DNA of 32,000 nucleotides from positions 60,001 through 92,000 of the forward strand of contig JAUWGH010000006.1 in assembly GCA_030606485.1 (NCBI GenBank), written 5' to 3'. The translations under genes were made by a program, and so were the position numbers. The notes beneath the pieces were generated by a model that saw only the letters and a list, made by a program, of their open reading frames with translations, was not told where the DNA came from and did not search any database. Shown here one piece after another: positions 9,022 to 18,005 of the stretch. This stretch comes from Promethearchaeota archaeon (GTDB lineage: Archaea > Asgardarchaeota > Lokiarchaeia > Sigyniarchaeales > SOKP01). The stretch's first letter is position 1. Each line of letters begins with the position of its first letter.

Positions 9022-11049
9022 ATGACGCATTATAAAGCATATCCTTTTACTGCTATTGTTGGACAAGATTTAATGAAATTAGCTTTGTTATTAAATGCAA
9101 TAAATCCAAAAATCGGTGGAATTTTAATAAAAGGTACAAAAGGAACTGGAAAATCTACGGCAGTAAGGGCATTAGCAGATCTACTCCCAGAAATTGAAGT
9201 TATAAAAGATTGCCCATTTAATTGCAACCCTAAGAATTTGAAAGAATCATGTCATCCTTGTCAAGATAGGATAATTGCTGCAGATTTAAAAGAAGAAGAT
9301 ACAGAATTTCGAAAAATGCGAGTGATAAATCTTCCAATTAATGCTACTGAAGATAGAGTTATTGGTACAATAGATATTAAGAAAGCTTTGGAGGAAGGTA
9401 TAAAAGCCTTAGAACCCGGAATTTTAGCAGAAGCAAATAGAAATATTCTTTATATTGATGAGGTGAATCTTCTTGCCGATAATGTTGCTGATGTTCTGTT
9501 AGATAGTGCAGCAATGGGAATAAATATAATTGAAAGGGAGGGAATAAGCCTTCATCACCCATCAAACTTTATTTTAGTAGGCACGATGAATCCTGAAGAA
9601 GGAAATTTAAGACCTCAGCTTTTAGACCGCTTTGGATTAAGTATTGATGTAGACCGTATTGAAGATATCGATATGAGGGTTCTCATTACGAAATATGCAG
9701 AAGAATATCAAAATGATCCTAATGAGTTCTATAAAAAATTTATACAAAAACAAAAAGAATTAAAGAATAAAATAATAAATGCTCGAAAAATTTTACACTC
9801 AGTAGAGATTTCAGATAATCAGCTAAAAAAAATAAGTAAGATCTGTGTGAAATTGCAAGTTGACGGTCATAGGGCAGATATTACAATAAATAGAACCGCT
9901 AAATCAATCGCTGTATTCTATGGCCGAAAATTTGTAGAGGATGATGATATTAAGACAGCAGCAAAATTGGCTTTATCACATCGCTTAAGACGATTACCCT
10001 TTGAAGATAAAACATTAGATGAGAGCGAACTCGAAACCTTATTTGATAATGAAGAAAATGAAGTAAAAAAAGAATCAAATGATACCCAACAAGAAGAAAA
10101 ACAGTTAGAAATGGAGCCTAATCAAATTGATTACAATCTGTTAAATAATATACAGAATGATAATCAAACTTATAATCTACGGGAAGAAACATTTGGAATA
10201 AAAGAAAATGTTATAGCCGATCAAATCATAAAGAATAAAAAAATAAGAGAGGTTATGAATACTTCTGGAAAAAGAGTATTACACCCAACATATAGCCCTC
10301 ATGGGAAATATGTAGGTTCTAAGAAAAAACGAGAGATAAATATACCTAATTTGATGGATATTGCCTTTAATGAGACATTAAATGAAGCTGCTTTGGATGA
10401 ACAAAACCTTAGAGCTTTTAAAAATGGTAATAAATTAGAAATAAAAGGAAAGCACATTCACATTAAAAAAAGAATGGGAAAATCTAGTTATTTAATTATT
10501 TTCTGTGTAGATGCCTCTGGATCTATGGGAATTAAGGACAGAATGGAAACTGTTAAAGGAGCAATTTATTCTATTTTACAAACTAATTATATTCATCGTG
10601 ATAAAGTTTCTCTTATTGTGTTTCGTCAAGATAGTGCTGAAACTATTTTGCCACCCACCAGAAGTACTGATTTAGCTTATAAGTTATTAAAAGATATTCC
10701 TACAGGAGGGACAACACCTCTAGCGGCGGGATTGTTAAAGGCGTTGGATGTAGCTAAAGAAGAAATTCGAAAAAAAAGTGGTTATATCCCTCTAATTATT
10801 CTATTAACTGATGCAAGAGGCAACGTCTATTTTAAAGATGCAATTGAAGATGTATTAAAAATTGGCAAGGAAATTGCTCAACAAGAAATAAATTTAATTC
10901 TTGTGGATACAGAATTTTCAGATGTAAAATTGGATTTCTCTAAAAAATTAGCAAACGTTGCAAACGCCATATATTACCATATAGATCATCTAGATCAGGA
11001 AAATTTAAATGAAATTTTAACCATTGAAGGAATTTTTGAAAATATTTAA
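9022..11049 (+). CDS. chlD: Mg/Co-chelatase ChlD/BchD-type subunit (ChlI-like AAA+ domain, acidic linker, vWA domain)
   Basis: YPFTAIVGQ start, Walker [18 protein letters not shown] Walker [26 protein letters not shown], acidic linker, MIDAS DASGS and [10 protein letters not shown]. Confidence 0.88.
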   Translation: MTHYKAYPFTAIVGQDLMKLALLLNAINPKIGGILIKGTKGTGKSTAVRALADLLPEIEVIKDCPFNCNPKNLKESCHPCQDRIIAADLKEEDTEFRKMRVINLPINATEDRVIGTIDIKKALEEGIKALEPGILAEANRNILYIDEVNLLADNVADVLLDSAAMGINIIEREGISLHHPSNFILVGTMNPEEGNLRPQLLDRFGLSIDVDRIEDIDMRVLITKYAEEYQNDPNEFYKKFIQKQKELKNKIINARKILHSVEISDNQLKKISKICVKLQVDGHRADITINRTAKSIAVFYGRKFVEDDDIKTAAKLALSHRLRRLPFEDKTLDESELETLFDNEENEVKKESNDTQQEEKQLEMEPNQIDYNLLNNIQNDNQTYNLREETFGIKENVIADQIIKNKKIREVMNTSGKRVLHPTYSPHGKYVGSKKKREINIPNLMDIAFNETLNEAALDEQNLRAFKNGNKLEIKGKHIHIKKRMGKSSYLIIFCVDASGSMGIKDRMETVKGAIYSILQTNYIHRDKVSLIVFRQDSAETILPPTRSTDLAYKLLKDIPTGGTTPLAAGLLKALDVAKEEIRKKSGYIPLIILLTDARGNVYFKDAIEDVLKIGKEIAQQEINLILVDTEFSDVKLDFSKKLANVANAIYYHIDHLDQENLNEILTIEGIFENI

Positions 11050-11069
11050 CTTTTTTTTAGTGTATTATT

Positions 11070-14000
11070 ATGGAAAAAAAAATTGATATTGATAGAAAAA
11101 TCCCTAAAATCACACTTATTTCAGCTAGTATTTTTATGAAACACATAACCGATGGTATTCAAGAAATTTATAATAAATTAGGCAAAATATTTGAATTTAA
11201 GAGTTATTTTTTAAATGATGTAGATTCTGGAAAAGTCAAGAAAGAGGACTTTATCAAAGAAATCTATGAATCAGAAGTTATGCTCATTGACATTCGTGGA
11301 AATTGTCCTACTGTTGAAATTTTAGTTGAAACCTACAAAGAAATGGAAAATGAAAACCCTGAACTCTTTGAAGAAAAAACTATTGTTGCACTTGTTGGAG
11401 GTAATAGCGAAATTAGGAGGCTTACAAAGATGGGCCCCTTTTTGGCACGAAAAATACCAGCTCCTAAAGGAACAGAATATGGAATTGATGAGATACCCGA
11501 TTTAACTGACGCGGTAAGGTTTGGGCAAAAAATGACTGAAATGATGAAATTATTAGGAAAAATATTACCAATTAAATCGCTTAGACATGCACGTTATTGG
11601 GTGCTAATGATGAACTATTGGGTTTATGGCTTTGCTGGGATGGCTTCAAATCATAAAAATATGATATTATTTCTTTTAAAACAATATTTAGGTTATAAGG
11701 ACTTAGATGTACCAAAACCAGTGAAGATTCCATCTTACGGAATTTATGATATTAAATTGAATAAATATTTTAATAAAATTGAAAATTACTTATCTGAAAA
11801 ACCTCTTAATCCGAGTAAACAAACAATTGGCCTTTTTTATTATGGAGGTCTTTATTTTGAACAATCATTACCTATTGTTGAGGAATTTACTAATTATTTA
11901 TCAGATTATAATATAATTCCCGTGTTTTCAGATATTTTGACTAATGTGGAAGCACATGAGAAATTCTTTTTTAAAAAAGGATTAAAAATTGTTAGTTTAA
12001 TCATAAATCTTCAATATTTTCAACTAAATGGCGGACCTCTGGGAGGTGATGGCTCAGTTACATTAGAATTATTCAAAAAAATGGATATACAACATTTCAA
12101 TCCAATTATTCAATTTGATATGTCTTACGAGGAATATCAAAATTCACAAGAAGGACTTATTCCAATTAATCAAATAATTGCGGTAGTAATGCCCGAATTG
12201 GACGGACGAATCGAAATGCTAACAGTTGGATGTATGAAAAATTTGGGTTATTCAGAAGAGATACATTCAGATGTCTTAGAAGTGGCGCCATTACCAGAAA
12301 ATATTCAATTCACCACTGAAAGAATAAAAAAATGGCTTAATTTACGAGAAAAATTAAATTCCGAGAAAAAAATTGCAATTATTATATATAATTACCCCCC
12401 TGGAGAAGATAAAATAGGAAATGCTGCATATTTAGATGTTTCAGAGTCATTGAGAAATTTATTAAACACATTAATAAAAGAAGGATATACTTTAGAAAGT
12501 TTGCCCGAAGATAAAAACCTTGCAGAAATTTTTATCAAAAATGGTTCTGTTAATAGTCCAAAATATACAAGTGTAGATAATTTTAATGGAAAACTCTTAA
12601 GTAAAGGCAAATATTTAGAGTATTTTAATAGTTTGCCTATTAACCTTCAACAAGAAATCATAGAATTTTGGGGTGAACCAATTGGAAAGATTATGATTGA
12701 AAATTCAAGCATAAAATTACCGATTATTCAACTTAAAAATATTTATATCTGTTTACAGCCTTCCAGAAGTACTGTTTCAGGAGATCCCAATGAGTATCAC
12801 AATAAAAATCTGCCTCCTCATCATCAATATCTTACCTTTTATAGATATATCGAAGATATAATAAAAGCTGATGCGATAATTCACATTGGAACTCATGGTA
12901 CAGAAGAATTTTTACCAGGAAAGGAATGTGCCGGAAACTGTAATGATTATAATCTTAATTTATTAGGGTCCTTACCGAACATATATTATTATCATATAAC
13001 CAATACAAGCGAATCAGCCATCGCGAAAAGAAGGGCAAATGCAGTAATAATTAATCATGCAGGGCCTTCCTTTAAAAATTCTGATTTATATGAAGATCTT
13101 GAAAGACTTGAATCTTTAATCGTAGAATATCAAAATCAATTTTCATTAGGTACTTCTAGCTCCTTTGAATCAGTTAAATCAGAAAGAATTCAAGATCTAG
13201 AAAAAGAAATAGATGAAATTGCAAAAGACTTAAATTTAGAATATAGGAGTATTTCAGAGCTTGAAGATCTCTTGTATAGATATAAAGTCTCAATAATACC
13301 AATGGGGCTACATGTTTTAGGAAAAAATTATAATTTGGAAGAAAAGTTCGATTTAATACTAATGATTCTGATAAATTCTGGTGAAATACCTCCGGCTATC
13401 GAAAATAATGTTTCAAAATTTGGAATTAATGAAAAAGAGCAGTCAGAAAATATAAAAGAGTATCTAATGAATATTATTGAAAAATTATCCTCATTTGTTG
13501 AGATTAACAAGAATATAGTTAAAAAAATTAGTAAGGAATTGGAAACTGAATATGATTTAACTCAAGAAGACCACTATTTAATGATTGAATGGATAGGAAA
13601 TCTCTTGAATAGAATGGATAATTCAATGGAAATGAGTAACATTATCCATGCATTAGAAGGAGGTTATATTGAACCGGGACTTGGAGGAGACCCAATAAGA
13701 TCACCTCATATTTTTCCAACAGGTCGAAATTCTTTTGGATTTGATCCGCGACTTATACCAAACACAACTGCTTATAGGAGAGGAGGAGAAATCGCTGAAA
13801 AATTGATTCAAAATTATAAAAAAGAAAATAATAAATGGCCTGAAACTGTAAGTGTAGTTTTATGGGCTTTCGAAACGATGAAAACCGGTGGTGAAACAGT
13901 AGGGCAAATATTTAACTACTTGGGCGTGAGGGCTGTTAAAAATAAATCTATTTGGACTACTGAACTTGAGGTAATACCGCTTGAAGAATTAAATCATCCT

Positions 14001-14891
14001 CGAATTAACGTTATAACAACTATTTGTGGCATCTTTCGAGACACATTTCCATATATTTTAGATTTAATAAATCATGCAGTTGAATTGGTTTTTGATTTGG
14101 ATGAACCTTTAGAGCAAAATTATGTAAAGAAATCAGCAATGGAATTAAAAGAGCAAGGTGCTGAAAATCCAGAAGCAAGAGTTTTTGGTCCACCTCCAGG
14201 CAAATATAATACAAATTTAACTGATATTATTTCTGCTGGTCAATGGGAAAATGAAAAAGAACTAATCGATGATTACCTTAATAATATGAGCTATGCATAT
14301 ATGCGAAATCAAAAAGTAAAGAGGAGCGTTAAAACATTTTCTGAAAATATAAGAAAAATAAACCTTATGAGTCAGATTCGGGATTCAAGTGAATATCATA
14401 TAACGGATTTAGACCATTATTATGAATTTACCGGTGGATTAGCCAGAACCTATGAAGAACTAAGTGGTAAAAAGGCTAATATATATATTGCGGATACCTC
14501 CAGTAAAAAAATTAAAGTTGATACCATAGAAAAAAGCATAAAAGAGGGAGCAATTACAAGAACTTTAAATCCTCGCTGGATTAAAGGGCTGTTAGTTCAT
14601 AAATACCATGGAGGACAAAAAATTGCAGAAAAAGTTGAAAATATATTAGGTTTGGCTGCAACAACACATAGTGTGGATAATTGGATTTGGGATAAATCAT
14701 ACGAACAATACTTCGAAAATGAAGAAATACGAGAGGCATTGATTGAAAATAATAGGTTTGCTATGATGGATATTATAAAAAATATGCTCCAAGCGGACCA
14801 AAGAGGTTATTGGGATGCACCTGAGGAAAAGATTGATAACCTAAAGAAGCTATTCCTAGAACTAGAAAATTGGGTTGAAATGACATATTAA
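11070..14891 (+). CDS. Class I chelatase large subunit (ChlH/BchH/CobN family)
   Basis: MPELDGRIE, YNYPPG, HIGTHGTEEFLPGK, SESAIAKRR, PTGRN, ETMKTGGE, DLDHYYE, LNPRWI motifs. Starts 20 nt after chlD. Metal specificity cannot be determined from sequence. Confidence 0.88.
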   Translation: MEKKIDIDRKIPKITLISASIFMKHITDGIQEIYNKLGKIFEFKSYFLNDVDSGKVKKEDFIKEIYESEVMLIDIRGNCPTVEILVETYKEMENENPELFEEKTIVALVGGNSEIRRLTKMGPFLARKIPAPKGTEYGIDEIPDLTDAVRFGQKMTEMMKLLGKILPIKSLRHARYWVLMMNYWVYGFAGMASNHKNMILFLLKQYLGYKDLDVPKPVKIPSYGIYDIKLNKYFNKIENYLSEKPLNPSKQTIGLFYYGGLYFEQSLPIVEEFTNYLSDYNIIPVFSDILTNVEAHEKFFFKKGLKIVSLIINLQYFQLNGGPLGGDGSVTLELFKKMDIQHFNPIIQFDMSYEEYQNSQEGLIPINQIIAVVMPELDGRIEMLTVGCMKNLGYSEEIHSDVLEVAPLPENIQFTTERIKKWLNLREKLNSEKKIAIIIYNYPPGEDKIGNAAYLDVSESLRNLLNTLIKEGYTLESLPEDKNLAEIFIKNGSVNSPKYTSVDNFNGKLLSKGKYLEYFNSLPINLQQEIIEFWGEPIGKIMIENSSIKLPIIQLKNIYICLQPSRSTVSGDPNEYHNKNLPPHHQYLTFYRYIEDIIKADAIIHIGTHGTEEFLPGKECAGNCNDYNLNLLGSLPNIYYYHITNTSESAIAKRRANAVIINHAGPSFKNSDLYEDLERLESLIVEYQNQFSLGTSSSFESVKSERIQDLEKEIDEIAKDLNLEYRSISELEDLLYRYKVSIIPMGLHVLGKNYNLEEKFDLILMILINSGEIPPAIENNVSKFGINEKEQSENIKEYLMNIIEKLSSFVEINKNIVKKISKELETEYDLTQEDHYLMIEWIGNLLNRMDNSMEMSNIIHALEGGYIEPGLGGDPIRSPHIFPTGRNSFGFDPRLIPNTTAYRRGGEIAEKLIQNYKKENNKWPETVSVVLWAFETMKTGGETVGQIFNYLGVRAVKNKSIWTTELEVIPLEELNHPRINVITTICGIFRDTFPYILDLINHAVELVFDLDEPLEQNYVKKSAMELKEQGAENPEARVFGPPPGKYNTNLTDIISAGQWENEKELIDDYLNNMSYAYMRNQKVKRSVKTFSENIRKINLMSQIRDSSEYHITDLDHYYEFTGGLARTYEELSGKKANIYIADTSSKKIKVDTIEKSIKEGAITRTLNPRWIKGLLVHKYHGGQKIAEKVENILGLAATTHSVDNWIWDKSYEQYFENEEIREALIENNRFAMMDIIKNMLQADQRGYWDAPEEKIDNLKKLFLELENWVEMTY

Positions 14892-14905
14892 ATTAGAATA
14901 AAAAA

Positions 14906-15220
14906 TTATGTTAATTTTTTGAAAAGAGCTTGGAATTCTGCTTTAACATTTGATAATCCAAGGGTTCCAAGTAAATGTATAGATCTTTTATTTAAGGAAT
15001 AAAAAGAGCGTTGTTCATTACGTTTATATTCTTTTCTCTTTTCATTTTTAATGAAATTTTTCTCTCTCAGTATTTTTAGATGATAGTTTAATTTATTTTC
15101 TTGGACAGATGATAACAAATTTTTCAATTGGCTGAAAGATAAAGGTTGTTCACTTGCAAAGAGAGTTAGAAGAATTTTATATCGTGTCTTTTCGGAAATG
15201 ATTTCTAAATCTTTTCTCAC
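14906..15220 (-). CDS. ArsR/SmtB-like winged-helix transcription regulator (start may extend to ATA at 15247)
   Basis: TRYKILLTL...LSFSQLKNLL...NKLNYHLKILREKNFI...YSL wHTH pattern. Confidence 0.75.
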   Translation of the reverse strand: MRKDLEIISEKTRYKILLTLFASEQPLSFSQLKNLLSSVQENKLNYHLKILREKNFIKNEKRKEYKRNEQRSFYSLNKRSIHLLGTLGLSNVKAEFQALFKKLT

Positions 15221-15419
15221 ATTCTCAAAGTTTTTGGGGGTCTGTATTTTTTCTCACTCCTATGGTTTTTAAAAAAAGTTTCATTGTTTTCTAAGTAAAA
15301 TATGAAAAAATTAATATTTAAATTTAACTCAAATCTGATTGAGTCAATTCATTTCAACATATAATAATTCAAAAGGATCAATGAATTTATAACCAATTTC
15401 ATATAATAAAGGCAAAAAA

Positions 15420-15917
15420 ATGGAAATCTCACATGATGACACATGGGAACAATTCTTAGATGAATTTCTAGAGATATTCTCTGGCGATGGATTTTTTAAG
15501 CATAAAATTTTCATATGCGGCTCATATATAAATGAAAACTTTGCGAATTTAAAAGAAATTCAAAATATAATTAATACTAATAGGAATTTGTTAGGTTTTT
15601 TTGAGAATCAATTTAAGAGAACTCATAATGAAAATTTGGTGTTTAAATTCGATTTATTAGCGAAATTTTCTGAAGAGATACTCATAGTAATTGAGCATGA
15701 TAAGGGTGGACATATGGTAGAGATGGGAATAATTATTGCAATAGAAGAATTTCTAAAAAAAACAAAAGTGTTTGTGCTAAAAGATGCTCCGATTACCTAT
15801 ATGTTAAAAAGTGGTGGACTTTTATCTCCATTTTTTTCCGAAGAAAAGAATTTATATTATTTTCGGAATAATGATGATTTGAAATCTATCGTGTTAAAAT
15901 TATATAGCATGAAATAA
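15420..15917 (+). CDS. Hypothetical protein, probable nucleoside 2-deoxyribosyltransferase (NDT)-like fold
   Basis: IFICGSY beta-strand, DLLAKFSEEILIVIE, GGHMVEMG (G..xExG catalytic-Glu-like motif). Fold assignment is by pattern recognition only. Confidence 0.5.
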   Translation: MEISHDDTWEQFLDEFLEIFSGDGFFKHKIFICGSYINENFANLKEIQNIINTNRNLLGFFENQFKRTHNENLVFKFDLLAKFSEEILIVIEHDKGGHMVEMGIIIAIEEFLKKTKVFVLKDAPITYMLKSGGLLSPFFSEEKNLYYFRNNDDLKSIVLKLYSMK

Positions 15918-16026
15918 CTTATCTTTTAAAAGTGTTTTGAAGTTATTTTTATTTAATTCTAATTAATAAATATCATAAATTATTATCTTAATCACTTAAA
16001 AAATTTTTAAATATTATTTTATCAAT

Positions 16027-16047
16027 CTTGGACACCAAGTTATATAA
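16027..16047 (+). promoter_or_regulatory. Short palindrome immediately upstream of a TATA-like box before the cyclase gene
   Basis: CTTGG-ACA-CCAAG at 16027-16039, then TTATATAA at 16040-16047, 20 nt before ATG. Confidence 0.35.
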
Positions 16048-16066
16048 TAACTAAGGTAGTTAAAAA

Positions 16067-16876
16067 ATGTCGAAAAAAGTTAAATATATTGATTTGTCAA
16101 TACCTATAGCAAATGATACATTATGTGATCCTCCACTCACGACGCCTAAAATTGAATATAGCGATCATATTAGAGGAGCTGAAGAAATGGCTTTCGCATT
16201 TCCAAAATTGAAACCTGAAGAGCACTTACCCGATGGAAAAGGATGGGCGACTGAATTAATTACTCTATCAACCCATAGCGGGTCCCATATGGACGCTCCA
16301 TGGCATTATGCTCCTTTGCAAGATAGAGAGATTGGGGAAAGAAAGGCAATGACAATCGATGAAATTCCACTGGAATGGTGTGTAGGACCTTTAATTGTTC
16401 TTGATTGTACCGATTTTGAAGAAGGTTATGTAATGACACCAGAAGATATAGATCAAAAATTAAATCAAATAAACCATAAATTACAGGAAGGAGATATCGT
16501 TTGTGTTCATACTAATGCTCCGAAATATTTTGGGACCAGAGAATATATAAATCATGGAGTAGGTGTTGGAAAAGAAGCAACATTACATATTGTTAGACAA
16601 GGCGTGCACGTAGTTGGAATCGATGCCTGGACGTGGGACGCTCCGTTTTTGATTACAGCGAAAAAATGGAAGAAATCAGTTAAAGAGAAAAAACCCGATC
16701 CCAGTATAATATGGGAGGGTCATTTTGCTGGTATCGAATTAGGATATTTCCAAATGGAAAAATTAACAAACTTAGACAAAGTTCCTCCCGTGGGAGCCAC
16801 GATTTATTGCTTTCCTATAAAAATAACCGGAGCTAGCGGAGGATGGGTGCGTGCAGTGGCAACAATACCTAAGTAA
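16067..16876 (+). CDS. Cyclase family metal-dependent hydrolase (kynurenine formamidase KynB-like)
   Basis: HSGSHMDAPWH (HxGTHxDxPxH) metal motif, VGIDAWTWD, MEKLTNL, PIKI..ASGGWVRAVA. Confidence 0.88.
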   Translation: MSKKVKYIDLSIPIANDTLCDPPLTTPKIEYSDHIRGAEEMAFAFPKLKPEEHLPDGKGWATELITLSTHSGSHMDAPWHYAPLQDREIGERKAMTIDEIPLEWCVGPLIVLDCTDFEEGYVMTPEDIDQKLNQINHKLQEGDIVCVHTNAPKYFGTREYINHGVGVGKEATLHIVRQGVHVVGIDAWTWDAPFLITAKKWKKSVKEKKPDPSIIWEGHFAGIELGYFQMEKLTNLDKVPPVGATIYCFPIKITGASGGWVRAVATIPK

Positions 16877-16895
16877 TTTTCAATAATAAATTTTT

Positions 16896-17330
16896 TTACT
16901 TATTATTTATAAAAATAAGATTTATAATACCATTCATCACTGTTTCCCCACTTAATTTTTCAACTAAATACTTGCAGATTATTATCTTTTTATTACCAAC
17001 ATTCTGGATCTCCACAATTTTTCCCTTATAAACTATTTCCTCATCAATATAAACAGGTTTTTCAAATTGCATGGTAATACTTTTTATTAATTTTATATCA
17101 TCAACCCAATCAATTATCCACTTGGTGATAAAAGAAAATAAAAAATTACCAGCAATAACAATATTATCAAAACCCAATTTTTTAGCATAATTTAAATTCA
17201 AATGAAGCGGATTAATCTCATGAATCAATCTATTATACTTTCCGTATACTTTTTTTTCAATTTTTACTTTAAACGGAGGTATTTCTTGGCCAATTTCAAT
17301 ATTAATTGGATTTTTACTTTTCAATTTCAT
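16896..17330 (-). CDS. MaoC-like hotdog-fold (R)-hydratase/dehydratase subunit (HadB-like)
   Basis: HEINPLHLN..YAKKLGFDNIVIAG hydratase motif variant, F.KPVY strand. ATGA overlap with the upstream hotdog gene. Confidence 0.78.
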   Translation of the reverse strand: MKLKSKNPINIEIGQEIPPFKVKIEKKVYGKYNRLIHEINPLHLNLNYAKKLGFDNIVIAGNFLFSFITKWIIDWVDDIKLIKSITMQFEKPVYIDEEIVYKGKIVEIQNVGNKKIIICKYLVEKLSGETVMNGIINLIFINNK

Positions 17331-17830
17331 CTATCACCAGCCAATTTAATAAAAAATTCATGATTATCTATCGCATAAATAGTATCATTCTCGTCTAAAA
17401 TAAATGTTTTAAAAACGACAGAATAATATGTTCCTTTTTTACCTGTTTTTTTAACCGGTTCCGTTAAATCAATTTTTACTTTATATTTTTTATTCAATAA
17501 CATGGGACTATAAAATTCAACTTCCGAACTTGTATGTATAACTCCCGTAGCAAATTTTTGATAAAATTCAGGCCCAATTATAATAAAAAATTGACTTATT
17601 GCCCTGTTAGTTATGCTCATAAAATAACCCGGTGGGATTAATCTTCCTTTATAGCCCGTTTTTATTGCTACTGCATCATCTAGGTAAATTGAATTATTAT
17701 CATCAATCAACTCACAGAATTTATTGATTTCTCTCTCATCTATGTCAATCTCTTGAGTTCCCATTTCTCTTACTACTTCTTTTATTCGAGTCTTAAATTT
17801 TTTTACTAATTGAGTTTTACTTCCCGCCAT
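17327..17830 (-). CDS. Hotdog-fold MaoC N-terminal-type protein (HadA-like partner)
   Basis: INKFCELIDDNNSIYLD..A..TGYKG.LIPPGY, IHTSSEVEFYSP. Confidence 0.72.
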   Translation of the reverse strand: MAGSKTQLVKKFKTRIKEVVREMGTQEIDIDEREINKFCELIDDNNSIYLDDAVAIKTGYKGRLIPPGYFMSITNRAISQFFIIIGPEFYQKFATGVIHTSSEVEFYSPMLLNKKYKVKIDLTEPVKKTGKKGTYYSVVFKTFILDENDTIYAIDNHEFFIKLAGDR

Positions 17831-18005
17831 TATTTTACTTCTGTTAAATAATTGGATAATTTAATAAAAATTAAATTTAGATATTTAAAAAAATTCTTTA
17901 TCTAACTTATTTGATAAATGGATTCTATAGAATTTTTTTTATTTAATATTTATACTTTTTTTTCTGAAATATAAATATATAATTAAGAAAAAAGAAAAAA
18001 AATAT

